From Bacteroidota bacterium (lineage in GTDB: Bacteria > Bacteroidota > Bacteroidia > Flavobacteriales_F > PHOS-HE28): a DNA stretch of 61,286 nt. The translations under genes were made by a program, and so were the position numbers. Below the pieces are notes generated by a model, which was not told the DNA's origin, did no database searches, and was given only the letters and a program-made list of their open reading frames with translations. The stretch lies in contig JAFEAI010000032.1 in NCBI GenBank assembly GCA_018266475.1, forward strand, positions 1 through 61,286, read 5' to 3'. Numbering within the stretch: position 1 is the stretch's first letter; each line of letters begins with the position of its first letter. Shown piece after piece: positions 1-8,209 of the stretch.

Positions 1-1245
1 CCCCAAATGGGTGTTCAAGTGCGGCGGCGGGTCCACCAGGGCATTGGTGGAAAACAATTCATCTTCTTCCCCATCACTGTGCCGCACACTGACCACAATG
101 CTCAGTTGTGGAGTTGGCGGGTTGATGTGCAACCAACTGGCGCTCGTAGGAAACACACACCCGGATACCTGCCTTACATAGTAGTTGCCCGGAGCCCCTA
201 TACGGAAGCCACCCGCCGTGCTAGGTGTATCTATGGCAAGGGGCCCATTGTAAACCGTCGGCGACCAATCATCTGCCCGGTTTATGTGCAGCCGTAATGA
301 GCTGCACGGCTCGGTGATAAAATGGTGGTCGATCCGCAAGGAATCACCAGGGCCCAGTTCAACTGATAACGGTACCGAGCCATATACGCCCGGCTGCACA
401 TAGGCAACTTCCTCCTCCGTACCATCCGCTCGTTCAATGGTCATGGACATATCCACTCGTGGATGGGGCAGGTGACTTACCTTGACATAGGCAAAGGCCG
501 GGGTAATAAACGACGGACCCTCCACGGACAGCAGGTACGACCCATCCGCGGAGAACGAATAGCTCCCATCTTCCGCCAAGGGGATCACAGCTGGCGGTGT
601 ATCAAATGTAACCGTATCGCCCTCGGGCGCAAAACGGACCAATGCATTGCCCTCCGTGGGCACCAGGCCACCGTAGGCCGCCCACATCACAACAGATTCC
701 CCGGCTGCCAAATACGCGCTTACGCATGGTGAAAGGCAGGTGTCCGCAGGAAGAACATCTTTCCGGAAATTATAGGGATAAGGCATCTTGATGGCCAAGC
801 CCATGGGTATCGGCTGGGGCTGGGCATTTACCTCAATTCGGACTCCGGCCTGAAATACATCCACGCCGCCATGTTCAACAAAATACGAACCTGGTTGGTC
901 AATTACAACGGTAGTGGAGGCCAATGCGTATGGGCTTATGACCGGTGAGTACAATCCGGCGGTTTCGCCTAGTGGAACATAGTGAACCAACAAGCCACCA
1001 TGGTAGGAACAAACACCCGAACGCTGTTGGACCAGCCTGAGGCTCTCTCCCGGTGCCAGGGTAACCGATGTATCCAGCCCGAAGAGCTCAACATAGTTCA
1101 TGTTCCACACACCTATGGATCCATCGGCATGTTGATGGGAAATCAACAATTGACCGATGCAAAATTCCTTTGCATGGGCCATTGCTGCAAGTAGGGCTGC
1201 CACTGCGACGGCAACCGCGCGCAAAGAGGGGACTGGATACCACAT
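1..1245 (-). CDS. hypothetical secreted protein (N-terminal 415 aa; 3' end lies beyond the window edge)
   Basis: Own minus-strand translation. The ATG at 1245-1243 (MWYPVPSLRAVAVAVAALLAAMAHAKEF..., signal-peptide-like) stays open down to position 1. It is absent from the ORF track, presumably because it has no stop inside the window. GC is visibly lower than in the neighbours. No family recognised. Confidence 0.55.
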   Translation of the reverse strand, partial: MWYPVPSLRAVAVAVAALLAAMAHAKEFCIGQLLISHQHADGSIGVWNMNYVELFGLDTSVTLAPGESLRLVQQRSGVCSYHGGLLVHYVPLGETAGLYSPVISPYALASTTVVIDQPGSYFVEHGGVDVFQAGVRIEVNAQPQPIPMGLAIKMPYPYNFRKDVLPADTCLSPCVSAYLAAGESVVMWAAYGGLVPTEGNALVRFAPEGDTVTFDTPPAVIPLAEDGSYSFSADGSYLLSVEGPSFITPAFAYVKVSHLPHPRVDMSMTIERADGTEEEVAYVQPGVYGSVPLSVELGPGDSLRIDHHFITEPCSSLRLHINRADDWSPTVYNGPLAIDTPSTAGGFRIGAPGNYYVRQVSGCVFPTSASWLHINPPTPQLSIVVSVRHSDGEEDELFSTNALVDPPPHLNTHLG

Positions 1246-1816
1246 GGTGCCACGATCTATTTCTTCTCAAATGTAGCACCAAGGTAACATTCAGATCAGG
1301 CCAAAGGACGACCTGGATGTGTACAGCGGTAAAATGCCGTGTTGTAGAATCAAATGGCCGGATGAGGTGATGCCAATGCGTCTTCCGGCAACGCCGGAAG
1401 GCTACAGTGGCACATGCCTTTCACCCGGAATATGCAGCAGGATTTCTATTACGGCCCGAAATCACTGCGGCAGCGTACGCTTCGCCGGTTTTCCCCTCGG
1501 CGCAATAGCTTGTGCTATTCCTTCTCCCGCGCTGCCATTGTGATTTCGACCCTCGCAACGAACCCTGCTGCATAATCCGGGTTTCAAGCAAGGAATTGGT
1601 CGGAACGGTGCGAAGCCGGAATCGGACCAAATTGTTTGCCACAACGGTATAGTACCCGGGAATGGCCAAGGCCACCATGCGCTAAGCGGGCGCTTGATCA
1701 CCTGCCCATGCCCGCCCATGCCCATCCATCCACTGTGAAGCGGGAGGCCGCTTACCGCCGCCCGGGCCGGTGCCACCCCGCCCGCCCCAGGGACCAATGC
1801 AACGCAACAGCGCGGT

Positions 1817-2971
1817 TCAGTGCCCTTTGGGTTGCAGAATGTTGCGGCTGATCACCAGCTTTTGGATCTCGCTGGTGCCTTCGCCGATGGTGCAGAGCTT
1901 GCTATCGCGGTAGAACTTCTCCACGGGGAAGTCCTTGGTGTAGCCGTATCCGCCGAAGACCTGCACGGCATCGGTGCTCACCTGCACGGCCACTTCGCTG
2001 GCGTAGTACTTGGCCATGGCGCCTTCCTTGGTCATGCGCTTCCCGTTGTTCTTCAGGTCGCTGGCACTGCGGATCAGCAATTCGGCGGCTTCGATCTTCG
2101 TGGCCATGTCGGCGAGCTTGAAGCTGATGGCCTGGAACTCGGAGATGGGCTTGCCGAACTGGTGGCGCTCCTTGGAGTAGGCCACGGCGGCATCGAAGGC
2201 GCCTTTGGCAATGCCCAGCGAGAGTGCGGCGATGCTGATGCGGCCTCCATCGAGCACCTTCATGGCCTGCTGGAAGCCCTCCCCTACCTTGCCGAGCACG
2301 TTTTCCTCCGGGATGCGGCAGTCCTGCAGGATCACTTCGGCGGTTTCGCTGGCGCGCATGCCCAGCTTGTTCTCCTTCTTTCCGGCGAGCAGGCCTTTGG
2401 TGCCACGCTCCACCACGAAGGCGGTCATGCCGTGGCTGTCCAGCAGTTCGCCGGTGCGCGCCATGATGACCATCACGTCACTGCTGATGCCGTGTGTGAT
2501 CCAGTTCTTGGTGCCGTTGAGCACCCATTCTTTCCCTTCCTTGCGGGCGGTGGTGGCCATGCGCATGGCATCGCTGCCGGTGCCTGCCTCGGTAAGTGCC
2601 CAAGCGCCGAGCCATTCGCCGGTGGCCAACTTGGTGAGCCACTTCTTCTTTTGGGCATCATTGCCGAAGTACATGATGTGGCCCGTGCAGAGCGAGTTGT
2701 GCGCGGCCACGCTCAGACCCACGCTGCCGCATACCCGTGCCACTTCCACGATGGTGTCCACATACTCATGGTAGCCCAAGCCGGCGCCGCCATATTCCTC
2801 GGGCACCAGCACGCCCAGCATGCCGGCCGGCCCGAAGTGGTTTTTGAAGAGGTCGATGGGCATGTGCTGGGCTTCATCCCATTCCATCAGGCGCGGGCGC
2901 ACCTCGCGTTCCACCAGGTCGCGCACGGCCTGCGCGATCATTTTTCCGTTTTCGGTTGTGTTGAAATCCAT
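1817..2971 (-). CDS. acyl-CoA dehydrogenase
   Basis: ORF 1817..3094 trimmed to the ATG at 2971 (MDFNTTENGKMIAQ...). Full-length ACAD-like sequence with NWITHG and a C-terminal QVFGGYGYTKDFPVEKFYRDSKLCTIGEGTSEIQ (catalytic Glu region). Confidence 0.92.
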   Translation of the reverse strand: MDFNTTENGKMIAQAVRDLVEREVRPRLMEWDEAQHMPIDLFKNHFGPAGMLGVLVPEEYGGAGLGYHEYVDTIVEVARVCGSVGLSVAAHNSLCTGHIMYFGNDAQKKKWLTKLATGEWLGAWALTEAGTGSDAMRMATTARKEGKEWVLNGTKNWITHGISSDVMVIMARTGELLDSHGMTAFVVERGTKGLLAGKKENKLGMRASETAEVILQDCRIPEENVLGKVGEGFQQAMKVLDGGRISIAALSLGIAKGAFDAAVAYSKERHQFGKPISEFQAISFKLADMATKIEAAELLIRSASDLKNNGKRMTKEGAMAKYYASEVAVQVSTDAVQVFGGYGYTKDFPVEKFYRDSKLCTIGEGTSEIQKLVISRNILQPKGH

Positions 2972-3171
2972 GGTTGTTGCTGATGCCGCGCCGGTTGGGA
3001 AAGGCCTTGCGCACGGCGGCCGCAAAGTAAACCCGCCGACCGCTACCTGCGGCAGATATTGCTCAGCCGATGGCATGGAAGCTGCCGGCAGCATGGAGCA
3101 AGGGCGTGCGGGTGAATGGCGTGTTCACCATCAAGCGGTTCCGCACACGTTGCTTCCTGCGGCAGCGGTGC

Positions 3172-4128
3172 TCAATCCACGGTAAGGTAGGGCGCCATGC
3201 GCAGGCGGATGCTGTCGGTGACCAGGGCGCAGCGGGAGATGTCGTCCACCTGCTTGAAGGGGCCGTGCTGTTGGCGGTATGCGACCAGCGCCTTGGCCAC
3301 CTTCCAGTTCATGTACGGATGGCGGGCCAGGTCGTCGGCGGTGCAGGTGTTCAAGGGGATGCGCCGCACCTGGGCGGGATCCACGGCCAACCGTGGCGCC
3401 AGCTGCTGCACGGCATCGGGCTTGTCGCGCAGGATGGGCACCTCGGCCAACTGGTGCATGCTGGAAAAGCCGCCCAGCCGCTCGCGGAAGCGCAGGATGC
3501 TGCGGGCAAATGCGGGGCCGATCCCGTTCACGGAGACCAATGCCGCGGAATCGGCGGTGTTCAATTCCAGCGGCAAGCGTGGAGCGGAGGAGCGCGCCTG
3601 GGCACGGGGCCATCGCGGGGCGCTGTCGGTTGGCCAGGGCTTGTTCCATCCTTGTTGGGTGCGCTCCTTCCGCACCATGGAATCGGGCAACTGGATAAAG
3701 GGTTCCCACTGGGCAAAGAGCTCGGGATCCACCACGCGCATGCGTGCCAGGTCGCGCTTGGTGCGGAACTTGCCGCCGTGGGCTTCATAGCTGTGGATGG
3801 CCCCTGCCTGCTTTTCGCTGAGGCCCAGGAGCACCCATTGCTCCACGGGCAATCCGTTCGGGTCGAAGGCGAAGAGCTGAACGTCGCGTTGCGCCGGCCT
3901 CGTTCCCGTGCGGGCTGCGGCGGTGTCCTGGACGCTTTGCCACACCACTTCGATCTGCTCCTTGTCCGCAAGCAGGGGCGGGCGGATCCATTGCTCCCAG
4001 GTGACCCACGCCGCCGCGATGATGCAAAGGCCGAGCAGCACAGTGAATCCGCGCCGTTCGCCGCGGTGCATGGCAAAGAGGTCCCTTAGCTCCTCTTTCC
4101 AGTTGATCTGTTGCCTCGGGCGCGCCAC
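3172..4128 (-). CDS. ComEA-like helix-hairpin-helix DNA-binding membrane protein
   Basis: N-terminal TM segment (FTVLLGLCIIAAAWV) and two HhH modules (LNTADSAALVSVNGIGPAFARSI; LNTCTADDLARHPYMNWKVAKALVAY). The first codon is GTG at 4128; an alternative ATG lies at 4071. Confidence 0.72.
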   Translation of the reverse strand: MARPRQQINWKEELRDLFAMHRGERRGFTVLLGLCIIAAAWVTWEQWIRPPLLADKEQIEVVWQSVQDTAAARTGTRPAQRDVQLFAFDPNGLPVEQWVLLGLSEKQAGAIHSYEAHGGKFRTKRDLARMRVVDPELFAQWEPFIQLPDSMVRKERTQQGWNKPWPTDSAPRWPRAQARSSAPRLPLELNTADSAALVSVNGIGPAFARSILRFRERLGGFSSMHQLAEVPILRDKPDAVQQLAPRLAVDPAQVRRIPLNTCTADDLARHPYMNWKVAKALVAYRQQHGPFKQVDDISRCALVTDSIRLRMAPYLTVD

Positions 4129-4137
4129 GCTGTGAAA

Positions 4138-5040
4138 CTATGCTTCCAGTTGATCCCGCAAAATGGCCAGGCCCTGTTCAAAGCCGTGCGGCGCGTAACC
4201 CAGTTCGTGGCGGGCCTTGTCCAGCACAAAGCCGGTGACGGGCGGGCGCTTGGCGGGTTGGCCCAGGCTGTCGCTTTTCACCGGTGTTACCACCCCGGTA
4301 GGGAGCTTGAAGAAGGCTCCCACGCGCTGCACCAGCTCCAGGATGCTCATGCCGTCCGGGCCGCTGAGGTGGAAGATGCCCTGGGCCCCGCGCTTGGCGA
4401 TGCGGATGCATCCGTCGGCAAGGTCTTCCGCCAGAGTGGGCATGCGCCATTGGTCATCCACCACTTGTATGGGAGTGCCTTTTTCCAAGGCGTTCCTCGC
4501 CCACAGCACCACGTTGCTCCGGCTTAGCCCTTTGGCAATGCCGTACACGATGATGGTGCGGGCTATGGCCCAGCGCTCCAGTCCGGCTTGCTGCACCATA
4601 CGTTCGCCATCCAGCTTGCTGTGGCCGTAAATGCTCAACGGTGCAGGCCGATCTTCTTCCCGGTACGGCCCGTTCATTCCATCGAAGATGAAGTCGGTGC
4701 TGAGGAAGATGAAGTGGCTGCCGTGGCGCTTGGCCGCCTGGATCAAGTGTTCGGTGGCCGTGACATTCTGCAATCGGCAAGCCGCGGGGTCCAGCTCACA
4801 GGCATCCACGTTGGTCATGGCGGCGGTGTGGACCACCACCTCGGGCCGAAAAGCATCAAAGGCCGCGTCCACGGCTGGCTGCTGGGTGATGTCCACAGCG
4901 CGATAGCACTGGCCCAAGGGATCCGCCGTACGGTCCTCCCCGCGCGATGTGGCCAGCAGCTCCACGGTGGGATCGTTGCGCAGGGCGCCGATCAGTTTCT
5001 GGCCCAGCAGGCCGTTGCTTCCGGTGATGAGGATGCGCAT
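4138..5040 (-). CDS. SDR-family NAD(P)-dependent reductase, dTDP-4-dehydrorhamnose reductase (RmlD)-like
   Basis: ORF 4138..5163 trimmed to the ATG at 5040 (MRILITGSNGLLGQKL, Rossmann motif). YGHSKLDGE matches the RmlD-type YxxxK. The 41 upstream codons are only translated heptamer repeat. Confidence 0.78.
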   Translation of the reverse strand: MRILITGSNGLLGQKLIGALRNDPTVELLATSRGEDRTADPLGQCYRAVDITQQPAVDAAFDAFRPEVVVHTAAMTNVDACELDPAACRLQNVTATEHLIQAAKRHGSHFIFLSTDFIFDGMNGPYREEDRPAPLSIYGHSKLDGERMVQQAGLERWAIARTIIVYGIAKGLSRSNVVLWARNALEKGTPIQVVDDQWRMPTLAEDLADGCIRIAKRGAQGIFHLSGPDGMSILELVQRVGAFFKLPTGVVTPVKSDSLGQPAKRPPVTGFVLDKARHELGYAPHGFEQGLAILRDQLEA

Positions 5041-5068
5041 GCGGGCGAAGGTAGGAGCGGCGGGGAAT

Positions 5069-5145
5069 GCAGCGGGCAGCGGGCAGCGGGCAGGGGGCAG
5101 GGGGCAGATGGCAGGGGGTAGGTGGCAGATGGCAGTCGGCATAGC
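5069..5145. repeat. about 11 tandem heptamers (GCAGNGG type); G-quadruplex-prone on the + strand
   Basis: gcagcgg gcagcgg gcagcgg gcagggg gcagggg gcagatg gcagggg gtaggtg gcagatg gcagtcg. There are six G3-G5 tracts within about 45 nt (5074-5118). Confidence 0.85.
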
Positions 5146-5163
5146 TGAAAGGGGAACCGCCAA

Positions 5164-5312
5164 GACGCGAAGAGCGCCAAGAAGGTCTCACGCGAAGACG
5201 CGAAGGCGCGAAGATGGTCTCACGCGAAGCCGCGAAGGCGCGAAGAATGCCACAAGCGAAGACACAAAGTGCGCCAAGAAGGTCTCACGCGAAGGTGCGA
5301 AGAACGCGAAGG
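5164..5312. repeat. octamer-type tandem repeats (NNGCGAAG) with a higher-order 24-nt unit
   Basis: acgcgaag / gcgcgaag / ccgcgaag / gtgcgaag recur. gcgccaagaaggtctcacgcgaag occurs at about 5173 and again at about 5270. Confidence 0.8.
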
Positions 5313-5392
5313 GGTTCGGCGTTGGGCGTCCCTGGATTGAACCCCGAGGGAACTGGCGTGTACGGCATGGCAATTCAACATCCAGGACCACC

Positions 5393-7261
5393 ATGCACCA
5401 CCGTCTTCTCCTATTCACCCTCCTTGCCTCCTTCAACTTCCTTGCCTCCCCGCTACGGGCACAGTCCATCAGCGGCAACTTGAACGCGGGTGCATCGGGC
5501 GCCAGCTTGGGTTACGGCAATGTGGACATCTACCGCGGCGACAAGTTGATCGCCTCGGTGCTCACCGATGCCTCCGGCAACTTCAACGTGCGCCTGGACA
5601 CCGGCCTGTACCGCTGCGTGGTGAGCTACGACGGATACGTGAGCAGCACGCGCACAGTGCGGGTGAAGGCAGATGAGAAGGTGGATTTTGCAGTGGCCGT
5701 GTCAACGGATGCCTCCAAGGGCAAGCCGCGCACGGCGGAAAGCAAGGTCATGGCCGGCTATGCGGCATCCCTGCCGGTGTATGGCCACCGTGAACTGTCC
5801 AGCACAACGGACTTGGCTGAACGCAACACTTCGTGGCCGGGCACCTTCAACACGCGCACCACAGGCGTGGCCGAAGGGGTGCTCACCGCCGGGGAAGTGA
5901 ACGATTTCGCCAAGTGGCAACAATGGACCGACCTCTCTGCCAATGCGCTGAGCAGCCTGCGTAAGGCATGGGGCATCGCCCCTGCCGGCCGTTACACCCT
6001 TGACCTGCAGACCCCGCAAGGCCTTCCGCTGGCGAACGCCTCCGTTCAGTTGCGGCGCGCCGATGGCACGGTGCTGTACCGCGCCCGCACGGACAACACC
6101 GGCAAGGCTGAACTGTGGACCACCTTGGATGCTGCGGACACGGCGGCATCCGGCAGCCTGCGGTTGGAAGTGGAATATGGAGGCCACTTCATCCGTGTGA
6201 GCGATGCACAGCCCTTCACCAAGGCGGTGAACCGCGTGGTGCTTGACGTGGCCTGTGGTCCGAGCAATGCGGTGGACGTGGCCTTCGTGGTGGATGCCAC
6301 CGGGTCCATGCAGGATGAGATCGATTTTCTGAAGGCGGAGATGAACGACATCATTTACCAAGGGAAGCGGATCGGCGACCAATTGGACTTCCGCTTCGCG
6401 AATGTGTTTTACCGTGATGCGGGCCCGGGCGAGCAATACACCACGAGGTCGATGGATTTCACCCGGGTGCTTTCCACGGCGGTGAACTTTATCTCCGAAC
6501 AGCGCGCCGACGGCGGTGGCGACACCCCTGAGGCGGTGGAGATCGCCCTGGACAGCGCGATCAACGGCCTGGCGTGGAGCAGCGAAGCCCGTGCGCGGAT
6601 CCTCTTCTTGATGCTGGATGCCGGCCCGCACCTTACCCCCGCCGTGAAGCAGCGCATGCGCGAACTTGCCGCAGCAGCTGCAGCCAAGGGGATCCGCATT
6701 GTGCCGGTGGCGGCCAGCGGCATGGACAAGGGCACCGAATACTTGCTGCGCAGCTTGGCCTTGGCCACCAACGGCACTTACACGTTCCTTACCGACCACA
6801 GCGGCGTGGGCAACCCGCACCTTGCGCCCAGCACCGATGCCTATCAAGTGGAATCGCTGAACTCGCTGCTGGTGCAAATTTTGAAGGGCTTCACCTATAT
6901 GCCCGATTGTCAACAGCAGCTCCCCGAACTGGCGTTGGACTATCCCGATTCTTCCGTAACCGCCCCGCTTGCCGCGGATAGTGCATTGGCCGTGCCTGAG
7001 GGAGGCCCCGCCCATGGCACGTTCACCTGGCACTATTGGCCCAACCCCACCACGGGATTGATCCACATCACCGTGGATGGACCCATCCCGGAACTGTACG
7101 TCACGGACCTTGGCGGCAAGGTGCTGCAAGTGGTGAACGGGTTGGCTGCGGACCGCACCGCGCAGGTGGACCTTGGCGCGTACGCCACGGGCATTTACCT
7201 GATCCGTTATCCGTACGGCAACACGTGGATCAGTGGCAAGGTGGTGCTCCAGCGGGGGTGA
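5393..7261 (+). CDS. vWA-domain protein with carboxypeptidase-regulatory-like N-domain and T9SS type-A C-terminal sorting domain
   Basis: ORF 4949..7261 trimmed to the ATG at 5393 (MHHRLLLFTLLASFNFLASPLRAQ, signal peptide). vWA/MIDAS-like VVDATGSMQDEIDF. C-terminus is WPNPTTGLIHITV...GIYLIRYPYGNTWISGKVVLQ. Confidence 0.8.
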   Translation: MHHRLLLFTLLASFNFLASPLRAQSISGNLNAGASGASLGYGNVDIYRGDKLIASVLTDASGNFNVRLDTGLYRCVVSYDGYVSSTRTVRVKADEKVDFAVAVSTDASKGKPRTAESKVMAGYAASLPVYGHRELSSTTDLAERNTSWPGTFNTRTTGVAEGVLTAGEVNDFAKWQQWTDLSANALSSLRKAWGIAPAGRYTLDLQTPQGLPLANASVQLRRADGTVLYRARTDNTGKAELWTTLDAADTAASGSLRLEVEYGGHFIRVSDAQPFTKAVNRVVLDVACGPSNAVDVAFVVDATGSMQDEIDFLKAEMNDIIYQGKRIGDQLDFRFANVFYRDAGPGEQYTTRSMDFTRVLSTAVNFISEQRADGGGDTPEAVEIALDSAINGLAWSSEARARILFLMLDAGPHLTPAVKQRMRELAAAAAAKGIRIVPVAASGMDKGTEYLLRSLALATNGTYTFLTDHSGVGNPHLAPSTDAYQVESLNSLLVQILKGFTYMPDCQQQLPELALDYPDSSVTAPLAADSALAVPEGGPAHGTFTWHYWPNPTTGLIHITVDGPIPELYVTDLGGKVLQVVNGLAADRTAQVDLGAYATGIYLIRYPYGNTWISGKVVLQRG

Positions 7262-7272
7262 TGGGCAGGGTT

Positions 7273-7330
7273 CAGTTGGCAGTTGGCAGGGCTGTACGGA
7301 CAACTGAGCACCGGCAACTGACAACTACAA
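7273..7330. repeat. heptamer repeats CAGTTGG followed by near-complementary CAACTGA/CAACTAC units (imperfect palindrome)
   Basis: cagttggcagttggcagg ... caactgagcaccggcaactgacaactac, lying between two convergent stop codons (7261 and 7339). Confidence 0.7.
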
Positions 7331-7338
7331 CCCACGAC

Positions 7339-7563
7339 CTACCCCTGCCTCGGCCCGCGCAGGTGGATCACTAAGCCGTTGAGGAAATTGCGGAGCACCT
7401 GGTCGCCGGCCTCCACGTACTTGGGATGGTCCTCCTTTCGGAACAGATCGTTGACCTGGCTTGTGGTCATGTGGAAATCCACCAAGGCGAGGATCTTCAC
7501 GATGTCGGTGTCGTGCAGCTTCAGCGCCACACGCAGCTTCTTGAGGATGTCGTTGTTGGTCAT
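7339..7563 (-). CDS. DUF1456 (YehS-like) family protein
   Basis: ORF 7339..7884 trimmed to the ATG at 7563 (MTNNDILKKLRVALKLHDTDIVKILAL...FRKEDHPKYVEAGDQVLRNFLNGLVIHLRG), which resembles a YehS repeat unit. Its start overlaps the upstream gene's stop by 4 nt. Confidence 0.72.
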   Translation of the reverse strand: MTNNDILKKLRVALKLHDTDIVKILALVDFHMTTSQVNDLFRKEDHPKYVEAGDQVLRNFLNGLVIHLRGPRQG

Positions 7564-7793
7564 TCCAGTTCCCACACGGTGCTTCTGCGCGCAAAGGGCC
7601 GCTTGATGCGCTCCTTGTGGTGGAGCACGAAGGCCATCACAAGGTAGGCCACCACGTTCAGGCCCGCTGTGGCAAAGCCCAGGTAGATGAAGCTGAGGCG
7701 CACCTGCTCGGTTTTGATGTTGAGCTTGTAGGCCCACCATTCGCATACACCGAAGGCCTGGTGTTCGAAGTGGGTTTTGATTCGGTCGATCAT
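7560..7793 (-). CDS. PspC-domain membrane protein
   Basis: ORF 7560..7925 trimmed to the ATG at 7793 (MIDRIKTHFEHQAFGVCEWWAYKLNIKTEQVRLSFIYLGFATAGLNVVAYLVMAFVL). The upstream codons are translated tandem repeat. Confidence 0.78.
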   Translation of the reverse strand: MIDRIKTHFEHQAFGVCEWWAYKLNIKTEQVRLSFIYLGFATAGLNVVAYLVMAFVLHHKERIKRPFARRSTVWELE

Positions 7794-7860
7794 GGAAGGC
7801 GAAAAGTACGGCAAGGCTGGGGGAATGCTTTCCACCGAGGGTGCGCAGAGATGCTTTCCT

Positions 7861-8122
7861 CCGATTTGGGGGAATGCGGTCCACCGATTACGCCGATTGC
7901 ACCGATTTGGGGGAATGCGGTCCACCGATTACGCCGATTGCACCGATTGGGGGGAGCGGGAATGCGGTCCACCGATTACGCCGATTGCACCGATTTGGGG
8001 GAATGCGGTCCACCGATTACGCCGATTGCACCGATTTGGGGGAATGCGGTCCACCGATTACGCCGATTGCACCGATTTGGGAGAGCGGGAATGCGGTCCA
8101 CTGATTACGCCGATGGCACCGA
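7861..8122. repeat. six contiguous copies of a 41-47 bp tandem repeat (ccgatttgggggaatgcggtccaccgattacgccgattgca)
   Basis: Read directly. Copies 1, 2, 4 and 5 are identical 41-mers. Copies 3 and 6 carry a 6-nt insertion (gagcgg) and point changes. No unique spacers separate the copies. Confidence 0.9.
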
Positions 8123-8209
8123 GGGTGAGGGGAGCGAGGAATGTGTTGCGCGGACTGCCTATGCGTAGGGCTTCCCTGTCGGAAAGAACTCCGCATACTG
8201 GACTATTCC

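Noticed and set aside
1380-1581. Possible cobalamin riboswitch on the minus strand. Strings resembling AGGGAA..CCGG.GAA, GCCACTG and GGAAG are present.
   Set aside because: The conserved GGTG.AA.TCC hairpin and the B12 box (AGCCAGGAGACCTGCC-like) are not recognisable. The downstream gene is not an obvious B12 gene. The similarity rests on short strings only. A cmscan run is needed before any call.
4949-5392. N-terminal 148-codon extension of the vWA ORF
   Set aside because: It is encoded by the heptamer/octamer repeat arrays (..GSGQRAGGRGQMAGGRWQ.., ..SREGAKNAK..). A proper signal peptide begins at the ATG at 5393.
7861-8122. CRISPR array
   Set aside because: The 41-47 bp units are directly contiguous with no unique spacers, and no cas genes are nearby. 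It is a plain tandem repeat.
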